A DNA stretch of 57,672 nt, counting the filler, from Sphacelaria rigidula (Eukaryota), in NCBI GenBank assembly GCA_964200075.2. It is 9 parts of 9 records of this genome, joined end to end, with 100 filler letters (N's around TTAATTAATTAA, not from the genome) between each part and the next. Parts side by side here need not be neighbours in the genome. Positions count along the whole stretch, not along the records: positions 44,937 to 51,254 come from CAXNAA020020809.1; positions 51,355 to 57,672 come from CAXNAA020020810.1; 7 more parts are not named here. One strand, 5' to 3'. Position 1 is the first letter of the stretch; the number at the start of each line of letters is the position of its first letter. Below are positions 46,896 through 57,672 of this stretch, in pieces. The position numbers and the translations under genes are program-made. The notes beneath the pieces were generated by a model. It was not told where the DNA came from. It searched no databases and was given only the letters and a program-made list of their open reading frames with translations.

Positions 46896-48547
46896 GTGAG
46901 AAAATATGTGCCAAACTATTGCGAATAATTGAGGCCTGGTCATATTCCACACGATATCCCCCCCCCCCCCCCTTATTTTTGGTGTTCTGCCTGATTCAGT
47001 GTCACTTTATTAAGATCCCGTCCAAATTGAGATCCCGTGAACCCCGTAGTCAATAAAGCACGTAATTACAACTATACGGAAATGGACCTGGAGAATACGT
47101 CTATGATCACCCCCTCGAGAACTCCGGCATAACTCTATTCACTGCAGCTTACACACCAGCTGATGAGTATAAAATATTTCCGAGAAAGCTGGCACGAATA
47201 GACTCGCTTCATTTCACAAAAACAATAGTCATATTTTCCGTGCTGACACCCGAAACGTGATCACACAGAAGTCACGCTGCTTTGCCTAGCATGCACTGCC
47301 ACTGCACAAAATAAGGCATACTGATTACTGATTACCCATGATTCAAGGACGAGGCTAGTCACAGTTCCAGCTGAAGTCAAGTCGGATGTTTTTTCATCAT
47401 TCAGCCACTTTTTCGATACGTGATCGGATTTCAACCGAGGTGCGTAGTCGGCGAGGTTTTTGCAACCCGCCAAGCGTTCGCAATGAAACACTGATGATCC
47501 CAAGGTCGTAGTCCTCGTCTTGGGTGACGGAGAGAGCGATGGTATGTGAGAAGGGCAGTCTCTCGCAACAACATGGAGTCGGTCCGCGCGCCGGGGGGGG
47601 GGCGGGTGGTAATAAGCACCGATGCAGCGAAAACATCCTCCTCCCCTTGTCCCACGCCATTTCGTTTTGCTTTCAAGTGTTCATCATGATTTGCCCTCCC
47701 AATCGGTCGTACACGTCACCATATAGTCTGCTCTGATGAGGTCGAGTCAATCATGTATCATCCGGCTGGAAACCCCACGATATTCGTCATCATCGAGGAC
47801 AATAGAAGGTCGTTCGAAAGTTTCAAAACAAGAGTGCTGAACGAGACTTTGTTGTAAGTTCTTGTCGCTATTTTTTTATGACCTCGCATTCACGCTGTGT
47901 TTATCTCATCTTGCCGTAGCCTGATTTTTTACCTCTTTTGATGAGGAACCAAAACAGTGGCGTTAGCCCTTTCGGCGCTGTACCTCTTTTTCGGAAGAAT
48001 AGCGCAGGTCTACGTTCGACGCCGGGAATACCGACGCTGCCGTCCATTTGCTTCTCTTTGTCTGCAAGCACCGCTTCTGTGAGAGCATACCGTGTGCTCC
48101 GTGATCATCAACCCCGGGCTCGCGTGATTTGTTGCATCACATCAGTCATGTTTCACCGTTTCCCAATGGTCAATCTAGGATCCATTATTAGCGATGTAGT
48201 ACCCGAGGGTGTCATCACTCCGTGCGAAAGGTGCAAAGGGGGTTCGTAACTTTACTCGGGGTTCATACTCCGCCTCCGCGCTAGTTTTCTTCACTGTCGA
48301 ATTTTGTGGTTGTGGCATGTAATGTTTGAGTTCTTCGGTATCGATATTTTGCCTCACTTCATCATCGCCCCCCTCCTCAATTGCATTACGGAACAGATTC
48401 CAGTGTTTGAATAGGGGAATCTGTTATCCCCCACACCTCTAACCCTATCCCATTGTTCATTACCACGCCAATCATTTGTCCGCGCGAAATGGTCTTCTCA
48501 CGCATTGCTTTTTTTTGTGTGTGTACGTTGTTGAACAAAAATGCCAG

Positions 48548-48702
48548 CCGAGTTGGCACAAAAATTGGCGAAGCTGTTGCCCAAGATTGGGAACGTGGTG
48601 GCCGACGACGTACCCGTTTCCGATGATGAGGATAAGGACAACAAGGTCGTGAGCACTTTCGGGCCGACCCCGACCGGATCGCAGTACATGCACCACCACG
48701 AG
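48548..48702 (+). CDS. SARS: Seryl-tRNA synthetase exon
   Basis: (A)ELAQKLAKLLPKIGNVVADDVPVSDDEDKDNKVVSTFG..HHHE. CAG/GTACG boundaries, phase 1/0. Confidence 0.95.
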
Positions 48703-50377
48703 GTACGCGTGTCTAAGACTTGTACAGTGGGAAAAAGCGCTATTTTTGTCATCATCCATGATGACTTTTTTTTTTTTTTCACCTTCATCCAAGCAGTGTT
48801 CGCATCTCACTACGAGGGACAGAGTAGATTACTTTTTTTTCGTATGGGTATAGAGTGCATGTGCGTTTCGCGCAAGACCTTCTCCACCTGAAGTCATTTT
48901 GCCCTTCGCTTTATTTTGTTTGGTTTTTCAGTAAAATCTGCTTGTCCGTTTCATCTTTCTGTTTCCTTCACTTTTCTTTAGCGAATGTTTCCATTTCGTT
49001 CACCTTGGGTACGTGTGCCTTGTGGATGATGACCAAGGCTGGGTGGGTCCAGTTCATGTGCGACCCATAGTCATCATCTTCGCTGTCGTCATTTTCGTCA
49101 TCATTCATATCGCGACCGTCGCGATTGTTTCATCCATTTTTTTCCCGTTCAACGCTTAGCCTTTCTACATAAAAATACGGCAAGGGAACATATAGCGCTT
49201 CCATCAGGGCTCAGGAATGTGTGAGGTGACCACAGACTACTGCACGTTCTTCCGAGTTTACGATTGCCGTCCAAGCCCCCCAAATTCGAACGGAAGGATT
49301 CGGAAGGATCTAGGAGAGGGCAGGGCAGCAGGGGTTGAAGTGACAGATTGAAAGGAATGGTACTCATTGTATGAGCGTGAAAATAGTCACGGGAAATGGT
49401 TCGAGGGTCTACGGGGCAACGGTTTGTTCTTTTTTCTTGTCCTCCTTTTGTGTCCTGTATCATTCAATCGTTCATCCTGTGTGTTCGCTGCGTGCGCACT
49501 CTGGACAGTGACGATAGATTACACTGTAAAAAGTGTACTGTGTACAGTATCGACTTTTGCGTCTATTGCAATAGGCAACAGACTCCACACTGCACGCAGT
49601 ACACTTTTCGACAACGTAGTTTATTGTCACTGTCCTGGGTGTGGTTCACTGTCTTTCATTTTAGTTTTATTGCTTGTTTAAGTCATCGTTTTTTCATGTG
49701 GTTTGTCTCCATGTCGTTCCCGCGGAAGAGGGGTATCCTCTGCCACGTAAAGACACACATAACATACATTGATATTATATCGCTGGATTAATTGACGACA
49801 GTTGTTGACTCCTGTAACGTTTTTTTTTTCCGAGCACAGCAAAAACCCTGTTATGATCATGCTATGTAATGCATTCACGGTCACCCCACGACTCAAGCCA
49901 GTATTACCATCTCCGAACGTGAGCCCGATCGCTCCAACCAGCGGTCACAGAAGGTACTGATATATATCAAGCATGTACACTGTGGTCGCTGCCTCGTTTT
50001 CCGCAATTCATTTTTCTTTTTTGCGGAAGGAGATTCATCAGTGCAGGTTCGCAAGGGCTGAGGAAAGCACGGGACAGACGGCCGAAGCTTCCCAAGTGCA
50101 TATTGCACTCGTGGCAGCCTCTAGCACGGGCGAAACGAACGGTTGCTCACCTGCAGTAGTCGTTTTGGAAGCGCGTTTTTTCACCACAGTTGGATTTACA
50201 CACACGTTTAATATCTTGTCTCATCGACAATATAGTCACAAAAAGGCTCTAATTCACGCCATACATTATTTTTCGATTGCAACTATTGACCACACATTGT
50301 GCAAGGTGTCATGATATTAGTACATATATTTGTAATTGAAAACTCCTATTTTTTTGTCACTGTCGACTCTCCTGAAG

Positions 50378-50514
50378 GTATTACATCGCATCGGCGGCTA
50401 TGAGCCGGAGCGGGGCGTGGGCGTCGCGGGGCACCGAGCGTACTTCCTAAGGGACGCGGGATTGCTGTTGAACCAGGCGCTAATCAACTACGGCATTGCG
50501 TTCCTCAGAAAACG
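50378..50514 (+). CDS. SARS: Seryl-tRNA synthetase exon
   Basis: VLHRIGGYEPERGVGVAGHRAYFLRDAGLLLNQALINYGIAFLRK(R). AAG acceptor and GTAGG donor. Downstream exons are not on this contig. Confidence 0.95.
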
Positions 50515-51162
50515 GTAGGTTTTGGTCGTTTTTGTTTTATTTTTCGGGGTTTCAACCGTCTATTCCCCCCCTCCCCCGCGCCCGTCCTGTTGGGCAAGTC
50601 CTCAATTACCCTCGAGAGATCAAAGCGTCGGTTTCCAATGCCGTTACTACAATTACTCTTCCTTACACGAGACAGAAACGCTCATCGAGCGGCTTCTTCT
50701 GAGACTTCAAAACATCATGATACAACAAGAGAGGGACAAGAAAACAGAGAGAAGAGTCTCCACTCAAGTTGGTTGGGGTGCGGGGAAACAAGCTAGATCT
50801 GTCAATACAGTAAAGTGAATAAAACCAAGAAAGGAACCGAGTGGATACTCTGCGACAGTCAAACAGCATCCCCAGGTATCCACTCAAGAAGAAACGACGA
50901 AATGTTTTAGGTGAGACGGCAGTCGCACTACACTAGCGAGTATACCACGTAACGGGCTACACGTTTCGTTTCGACGACCTTCAACATACACAGAGGCATA
51001 TCTAGTCATGGCACAGCAGAAAGCTCCTTTGCGTGGCTCGTATTGATACCAAGGTGTCCTGCACATCTTAGTCCATTCCTAGAGTTCAACCGTCGAGTAT
51101 TGTAACAGCTTCCCCCGCAGCCCGTCGGCTTTTCACAACAGCGCTGAGTGATGCCGCGATAG

Positions 51163-51200
<38 letters not shown>

Positions 51201-52479
51201 ACCCCCCCCCCCGCCCGGCCCCCCCCGCCCACCCCCCCCCGTGTGCCCTCCCCCNNNNNNNNNNNNNNNNNNNNNNNNNNNNNNNNNNNNNNNNNNNNTT
51301 AATTAATTAANNNNNNNNNNNNNNNNNNNNNNNNNNNNNNNNNNNNNNNNNNNNAGTATGACCGTCTCCGATTGACGCCGCGGATCATGAATTATAATTT
51401 CAGTACAATGCCTCCATAACATTGAAAAGAAACAACACTGCACCTTTTCGGGGAGGAAGTTATTTTTTCTCGAAAAAACTCCGAAACGCCTGAAAAGAAA
51501 ACAGCCCTGTTATTGAGGACCCTTGGCAACGGCTGCCTGCTGTGCAGAAACGGCTGTCTCCCACCCAGGAACTGTTCTTCCCACGCCTCTCCAACTCCTT
51601 CCTGACATTCACGAGTAGCTTGTCTCCTCTCGCCACCTTTGGCGCAGTGCCAGTAGGAGTAGGCGCTGCTGGTTTCCTCCCTCCTTGCGGGGCATAGCTG
51701 TGGGGTACGCTGTGATTTGACACACCCCACTTCAGCCGGAAAATACCTCGAGTGCATTTTCAAATTCTGAAGAACATTTTCTGCAGCTTCCTCGGTCATA
51801 TTCCAAGGTTTGCAGTCACTATGGCGTTTGCATGTTTTTCCGGGGATGTAAGGATGACGTTCTTTCCCCCATACGAAAAACAACCCTGTCATTGTCATGC
51901 TGTTTTTTTCCACCCTCCAAGATATGTATGAAGACGAAATCACCACCGTCGGGAAGCCACAATCACCAGCTTTCTCACGGTGTGCCTAACGCGTGCCATT
52001 TCTAATGCCCTCCCCTTGGCTTTGTCCGAAAACTGCGAATTAAGATGTCATGTAACTGCGAATGACTGCAATTATCCTCTTCATTTTGTTGTCTTCTTTT
52101 CATTTAGCTGTCCCACGAGTTCGGATCCTCCTACTACTTATAATGTTACCCCCTGATGGTGTGTCAAACGCGGGACGTGAACGAAGGTCGCATGAGATCG
52201 TTTGATGCATTAGACAGGAGCGAGAAAACGATGGCTATACCAGGAGGTAGATGATGGCGACAGATGGCGACACAGGACGTGGATAAGATATGTAAAAAGG
52301 CTTTTGTGTCGTGCATGGAAGGAACGTAGTGAGCACCGAAATGTTGTAGGTGTCTCTTTGAGGAGTAGGAAGGGTGCTCCGTCTCGAAAGGGATGCGAGG
52401 TCAGCGGTCAAACGACTAAGGTAAGCAAAAAATGAGTACGCCCCCCTCCCTAACAGTGTGTCTCGATTCTTGTACCAAA

Positions 52480-54930
52480 CCTGCACCAACGGGTAACGCC
52501 ACCAGGTCGTAATTGGTGCCCACGGAAACTTTGGTGATGAACGTACCGGGGTGGCCGATCAGAGCACCCGGTGCACTCCATGTTGGCATAAGGCTTCAGG
52601 AAGTCTCCTCGTAGTAGTATCTTTCGCTGAGGTTCGTCTTTTTTGCACCGGATGCATTTTGTTTTGTCTCAAGCAGTGGGATCAACTAGTATGGCTTGCC
52701 ATGAAATCGCGTTTTTTTGTAGCGTTTCGTCGCCCACAATCTGATAGGTCACTTTCGCCCGACCATTTTAGCGCCCGCGGCCTGCTGCGGCTCCCGGCAG
52801 TGGCGTCGCAGATGACTCTGTTGTAGACGGGGAATACCATCATAGCGGAACGCTCGGTCGCTGGAACGATTTCGTGAATATTCCTGTTGGACTGGCTCAT
52901 CGAATCGCAGCAGCCTGACATGGTTGATCAGCAAAATCGAGGCTTTATCATTGCAGTTCAGCTGGGGTTTGTGCGACGCTTGAGCGAATAACATGGCTGC
53001 ACCCTGTACAACTTCGCATCACGCTAGCGTTGCCGTCGACGCTTACAACTGGGGATATTCATAAGCGATTTGCACAGCAGCTATTCACCGGTAGTGTGCG
53101 AACCCTACCAGGAGGAAACACGAGCTTTGTGCGTGACAATAGCTCATCGGGAGCCCGGGCCTCCCTTGTCTAGACGAAGCGTTGTCTCTTTGGCCTAAAC
53201 AACAGTTCCGAACCTCTGACGGGGAAAAACAATATAAAACGGCTTTCTGGCGCATGGGCGCAAACGAGATGAAGCGGCCTGTGCTCTGGGGGGGAATCGA
53301 ATCCGCGTTCTTCCCATCGCAATGGTAATACTTATATCAACCATTGCACCATCGGGGTGAGGCGGAAACTGTGTCACTGGTAAACGCAACACATGTATCT
53401 TTTCAGCTGTCGAGAAATTTCGAGAATCGCTGTCATCCGCATGCAAGATAATCGGTACGCTTCGGGCCAAACAATCTTAGCAGGGTGCAGCCAGCCCGCC
53501 CTTCACGCGACTCACCGAACACACCACGGCGCTTCGCGCTTGGTGATCGAGTGCGAGCCTGGTCCGGCGGAAAACCGGCGTGCTCCGTCTCGGCTTTGTA
53601 GGCGAGACCAATGGTCATATGACTAAGGCATGCAAGATCACGGGTACCCCCCTCCCCCTCTTCACCCCGGCGCCTCGAGACGAGGTTACCGCGTCGAGAG
53701 ACCAATCAGTCCTCCCTCAGACACCTGACTGACATTATACCATCCAGCATTAGATCAGAGCTTCATCAGTGCATCGTTTTTTCCGGCGCCTTGCCAAAAC
53801 GTGAACTTGAACAAAAGTGAACTTCCGCGTTTTAAAATTGACAGGGGAGCAAATCATCGGGCATCTATATATCCAGATTCGTCTCGTACGCGGAGGAGAA
53901 GCATGAATCTAAGCCATTCGAATCCGTTTGGATCGTGCCTGGGGTTTATGAAAACATCTCGGATTTGCCCTGTGGCGGTGACACCCGAAGCCGCCGTGAT
54001 GCACTCTAAGGTGACATGTCGTCCAACAGGTACATGCGCCATCGGTCAATTCGAGGCTTCATGCGGGTACACCAAGAACATTTGCAAACACAGCGTTCGA
54101 GAGTTTTCGTATCGGCGACTATTGAAGCCGTAAAATGTCCCGTATCTTGTAACGTGTGAAATGTTAGTACGTACTGGAGAAAAAGTTTTTTTGTGCGGTA
54201 CAGAATAAAAATGTGATGCTGAGACGATCGAAAAACCAAATGTCGACAGCAACAATAGAGGTCATCCATTCGAGTCAAATAAAACACTCTGTATGGCGTG
54301 GAAAAGAGGAAAACAGTATCATGTGTGTTAGGGTTGTGGAGTGTCCTTGCGTCAATGCTGTGTTTACGATTTGGGCCTTCCGATCGAGCTGGAAGGGTTA
54401 CGCGTCGCTCTCATAAAGCCTTGAGCCGGTAGGCAGAAAATGGGATGCCTACAGCTGGATGAAGAATGAAAAACTCTTTGGGGCCTTAACGGGTAGGTTT
54501 GAGTCCTACCGTCAACGCTAAATAAGAACACCATCGCTCCCACGGAGGATTGACTGAGACAGGGAGTGTGTCCGTACTCTGGGTATTGAATCTAAGTTTG
54601 TGGGTGTAACAGTGTGAAGCACGTACAGGGATTTTATCGAAGCAAATGTGCCTCTCGTGCGGACCGGGTCAGCTAGCAAGCTGCCTGGTCATGGAGGAAA
54701 ACCCGCCTCGAAAGTTATTAAGGGAACCGAGGTTGCGGAACCCTACGTTCGTGAGGAGCCTTCTGTACACAAATGCTGTCGTCTTTTTCTTCTCTTCGAA
54801 AATGCGTTCCCACACGGTTTAAGAAAACTATTCGAATACCGTGTGATCGACGAACAATTGGTCATATTTGCCGAAGCCTTTACCGTTTTGTGTGGACAGG
54901 TTGGTATGTGGCTCAATCAGAAACAGTCTA
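52480..54930 (-). mobile_element. Decayed Helitron Rep/PIF1-helicase coding region
   Basis: Ordered remnants NGKGFGKYDQLFVDHT, VYRR, HICFD, HPAV/HFLP, TALT, INPRHD..LRFMLLLRVR..GYIDAR, TFWQ, QLN, FRYDG (eroded Walker A) and KILLRGDF (motif III). Confidence 0.62.
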
Positions 54931-57672
54931 AGTGATGCTACGATAGAGAGGAGAGGGGAGGGGGGCAGGGGGGCAGGGGGAGGGGAGGCGTGCTCATTTG
55001 TTGCTTGCCTTAGTCTTTTGGCCATTCACCACCTCCCTTTCGAGACGGAGCAGGACAAGGAAGGGGGGCGTACTCATTTGTTGCTGGCCTTAGTCATTTG
55101 ACCATTGACCACGCATCCCTTTCGAGACGGAGCACCAAGGAAGGGGGGGGGGGGGGAGAGTATTTAGGTCCATTTCTTCAACGAAATTCCACCTGAAATC
55201 GTTGTTGAAGGCAGCGACGTTTGTTGGAACGCGCTTGTTATCAATAGGTCACACTCCTTCATACCACTTCAAACCTTTGTCGCCCTAATACAAACGCACC
55301 GCGAGTGGTTAGGTTTTTTGACGCGCCCGGGAGCCAGTGTGTTCCGTGGAAATAATCCCCCCCTCCTCCCTCCCCGCGCCTGCCCTATCTTAGCATTCCT
55401 CCTCTTTAAAATGATACGTTACATCCAAGCACCCGTCGTTCGTGCTATCTGCACGGAAGCGTGTAGTAGACTCAACCTTACAGGTGATTCTTTCCGTAGT
55501 GCAGCATGAAGTCGTCTACACCTCGCTTTCAAAGCAGTCATTGCACACTGTATTGTACTGTACGCAGCATAGCACCGTGTATCGCAATGAGTGAATCGAG
55601 GGCTACGTGCACTGCGCTGCAATCGGGTACGAACAAGTCAGAAAAACGCCCCACAAAGATGCATGCAGGCAATCAGTACAGCTTGGTGTTGACCTGTGTG
55701 TGTGTGCGTGTGTATTTACAAGTGCGAAATGCGCACACCCAATATGCATAAAAAAAGGATGGTGGTGCTCTACAGTGCGACCTGTGCCGACTCACCCACA
55801 TCCTTGCCGTTCCCCGGTGGAATAAATATACTCCGTTGCGCGCTGACTTTCTTGGAACAAGCTCATGGAAGCTTTGAAACAGAAACGAGAGCACTTTCGA
55901 CAGAAGTTCGATCAAGATATGTCGTTCACCAGGTACGTTCGTGTACGGTAGCCTTCTTAGCGGCCGTCGATCGCAACAATTCGTCCTACGCTTTATTGGA
56001 TTGGTCGGTATACAGTAGGGGATGGAATTCATGTCACTGTATATGACGGAACGAATGCGCTAGCCCCTTTGGAACCCATTGGCAGTTTTGGGTTTCGTGA
56101 ATCGGCATAATTTCCGGTCCACTTTCAAGTCAAAATGATGTCGATTCAAACAAACAAAAGTCGTCAATGGGTTTCGAAAGTGTTGAATCGACTATGAAAA
56201 TATGAATATATGGGTTTGAAATAGACCAGAATGCAAGGCGTGTACCGACGAGGGACGGGTTGATCCCTTGAGACCACGGGCTCGTGCCGAGGATGGGGGG
56301 GGGGTTCAAAGTGAGACAAAAATAGGACGAGATAAATGATGTGAGCGTACTATATAATAGCGTTGACGTCGAAGTGTACCGGACAAAATTATATCATGTT
56401 GTGAGTTAGTGTTTTGTTGGATAATCATCAGACATTAGCATAAGATAGGACAAAACAGAAATTTTGTTCACGTGAAAAAAACAAAGTCAAACCCAGTTGG
56501 TACACTGGGCAGGGAGGTCGGCCGAACTCTGATGTGGTCGGCACCGTTCAAGGCCGGAGGAGAACAGGAAGGGAGGAATATCACCAGCGATCAATTCGTT
56601 TGTAGTACAGGCCTATGCAAAATGCCTGGTAGACAAGAAGCAGTCGTTGATTGGTTGGTTCACTAACTGATTGTTTGATTGGTTGGTTGAATGCCCCCGT
56701 AGGAGCGGCCGAATTTATGCTCAGGTTTGAATTGTCGGATACCCTGTACTTCATTAGAAAAACGACTTGTGCAAAGTGCGAGAGCACACCATGATTGGCA
56801 TCCCAAATGGGCTGGAGACATCCCGATTGCATGTAAAGACGAGAACGGCGTAATTCATTTTCTGGTGTATCTTCTAACTTTAGGAGCCCCTCAAGTGAGA
56901 AATGTCTGGGACCAAATGTGTAACCCCTACCGTGACACAACTCTTTAGCCGGGTGGTGGGTAAGTCGGTTGATTGGCTGTCCCACCTTAATCGATCCCCT
57001 GCGAGACCTCTCCTTGAAGATCTCATGGGAATCGACATGCCCAATGTAAAATGGACCCAAGGGGTTGTTGCTCAAGGAAGTTCAGCAAAAAGAGGGAAGG
57101 CAAGAGGCAAAACAACAGAAAAGGAGAAAAACGAAGAATAGAATGCACCGATTGAGGCACCAGACCGAGGAGTGGTTATAGCCCCGAGAACTAGCCGCAG
57201 TCCTGGGTCCAGACTTGAGACCACACAAGAAGCAAATATCGGGTTACAGGTTGCGACTCAGCAAAATCTGGGGACCGCACTACTCTGACAGACAGGCACT
57301 CTCAATCTCCAACTCTGCGAAGAAGGAGAACGAAAAAAGCCAGTAAGGCAGACGCGACTCCTGCTGCTTGTCCGATTCAAGAAAACAAACGGGGGTTCGT
57401 GTGGTCGTCGACGGCAGCAGTGTGGCCGCGCGATGCGTATCCTGATTGGGGGATGAAGGATAACAGCCAAGGTCTGGGATAATCACCGATCGCGAGAGCC
57501 GTTGCCTTGCCAGGTGGCTCGAAATTCAACGGCTTTTCAACAACATGTACTAGAGCTATCCCTACGGTATGGATACTTTCTACGACAGCCCCCCCCCCCC
57601 CCCCACCAGAAATGCTCCGTCTCGAAAGGGATGCGTGGTCAATGGTCAAATGACTAAGGCAAGCAACAAAAG

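Noticed and set aside
19954..50514. MMUT, PEX2, the unknown gene and SerRS as a gene cluster or divergent pair
   Set aside because: They lie on separate contigs joined by artificial spacers.
51160..51254. Poly-C/G-quadruplex element
   Set aside because: Homopolymer at a contig end where base calls are unreliable; such runs are common throughout the window.
55840..55932. Possible continuation exon of SerRS ending at CAG|GTACG
   Set aside because: It is on a different contig and no frame matches the expected SerRS motifs.

Overview
Eukaryotic nuclear DNA, most consistent with a brown alga (Ectocarpus-like): long repeat-filled GT-AG introns, poly-C/G runs and several recurring SINE/MITE-type families. 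The organism is inferred, not proven. The window is not one locus. It is nine contigs of 6320, 6320, 6320, 6320, 6319, 6319, 6318, 6318 and 6318 bp, sorted by length and joined by 100-nt N spacers containing TTAATTAATTAA, so adjacency across spacers carries no meaning. Host genes, all partial: the last five exons of methylmalonyl-CoA mutase (-), three exons of cytosolic seryl-tRNA synthetase (+), one PEX2-like exon (-) and two exons of an uncharacterised protein (-). Mobile DNA dominates: two degenerate Ty1/Copia elements, several MITEs and short retroposon-like repeats. Several heavily decayed coding relics are readable only by following motifs across frames: a Helitron Rep/PIF1 helicase, a second Helitron-like segment, a hAT transposase, a RecQ-like helicase, a SWIM-like fragment and a CAP/PR-1 pseudogene. 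I found no intact novel multi-gene system. The best leads are these relics, the uncharacterised protein and the repeat families.
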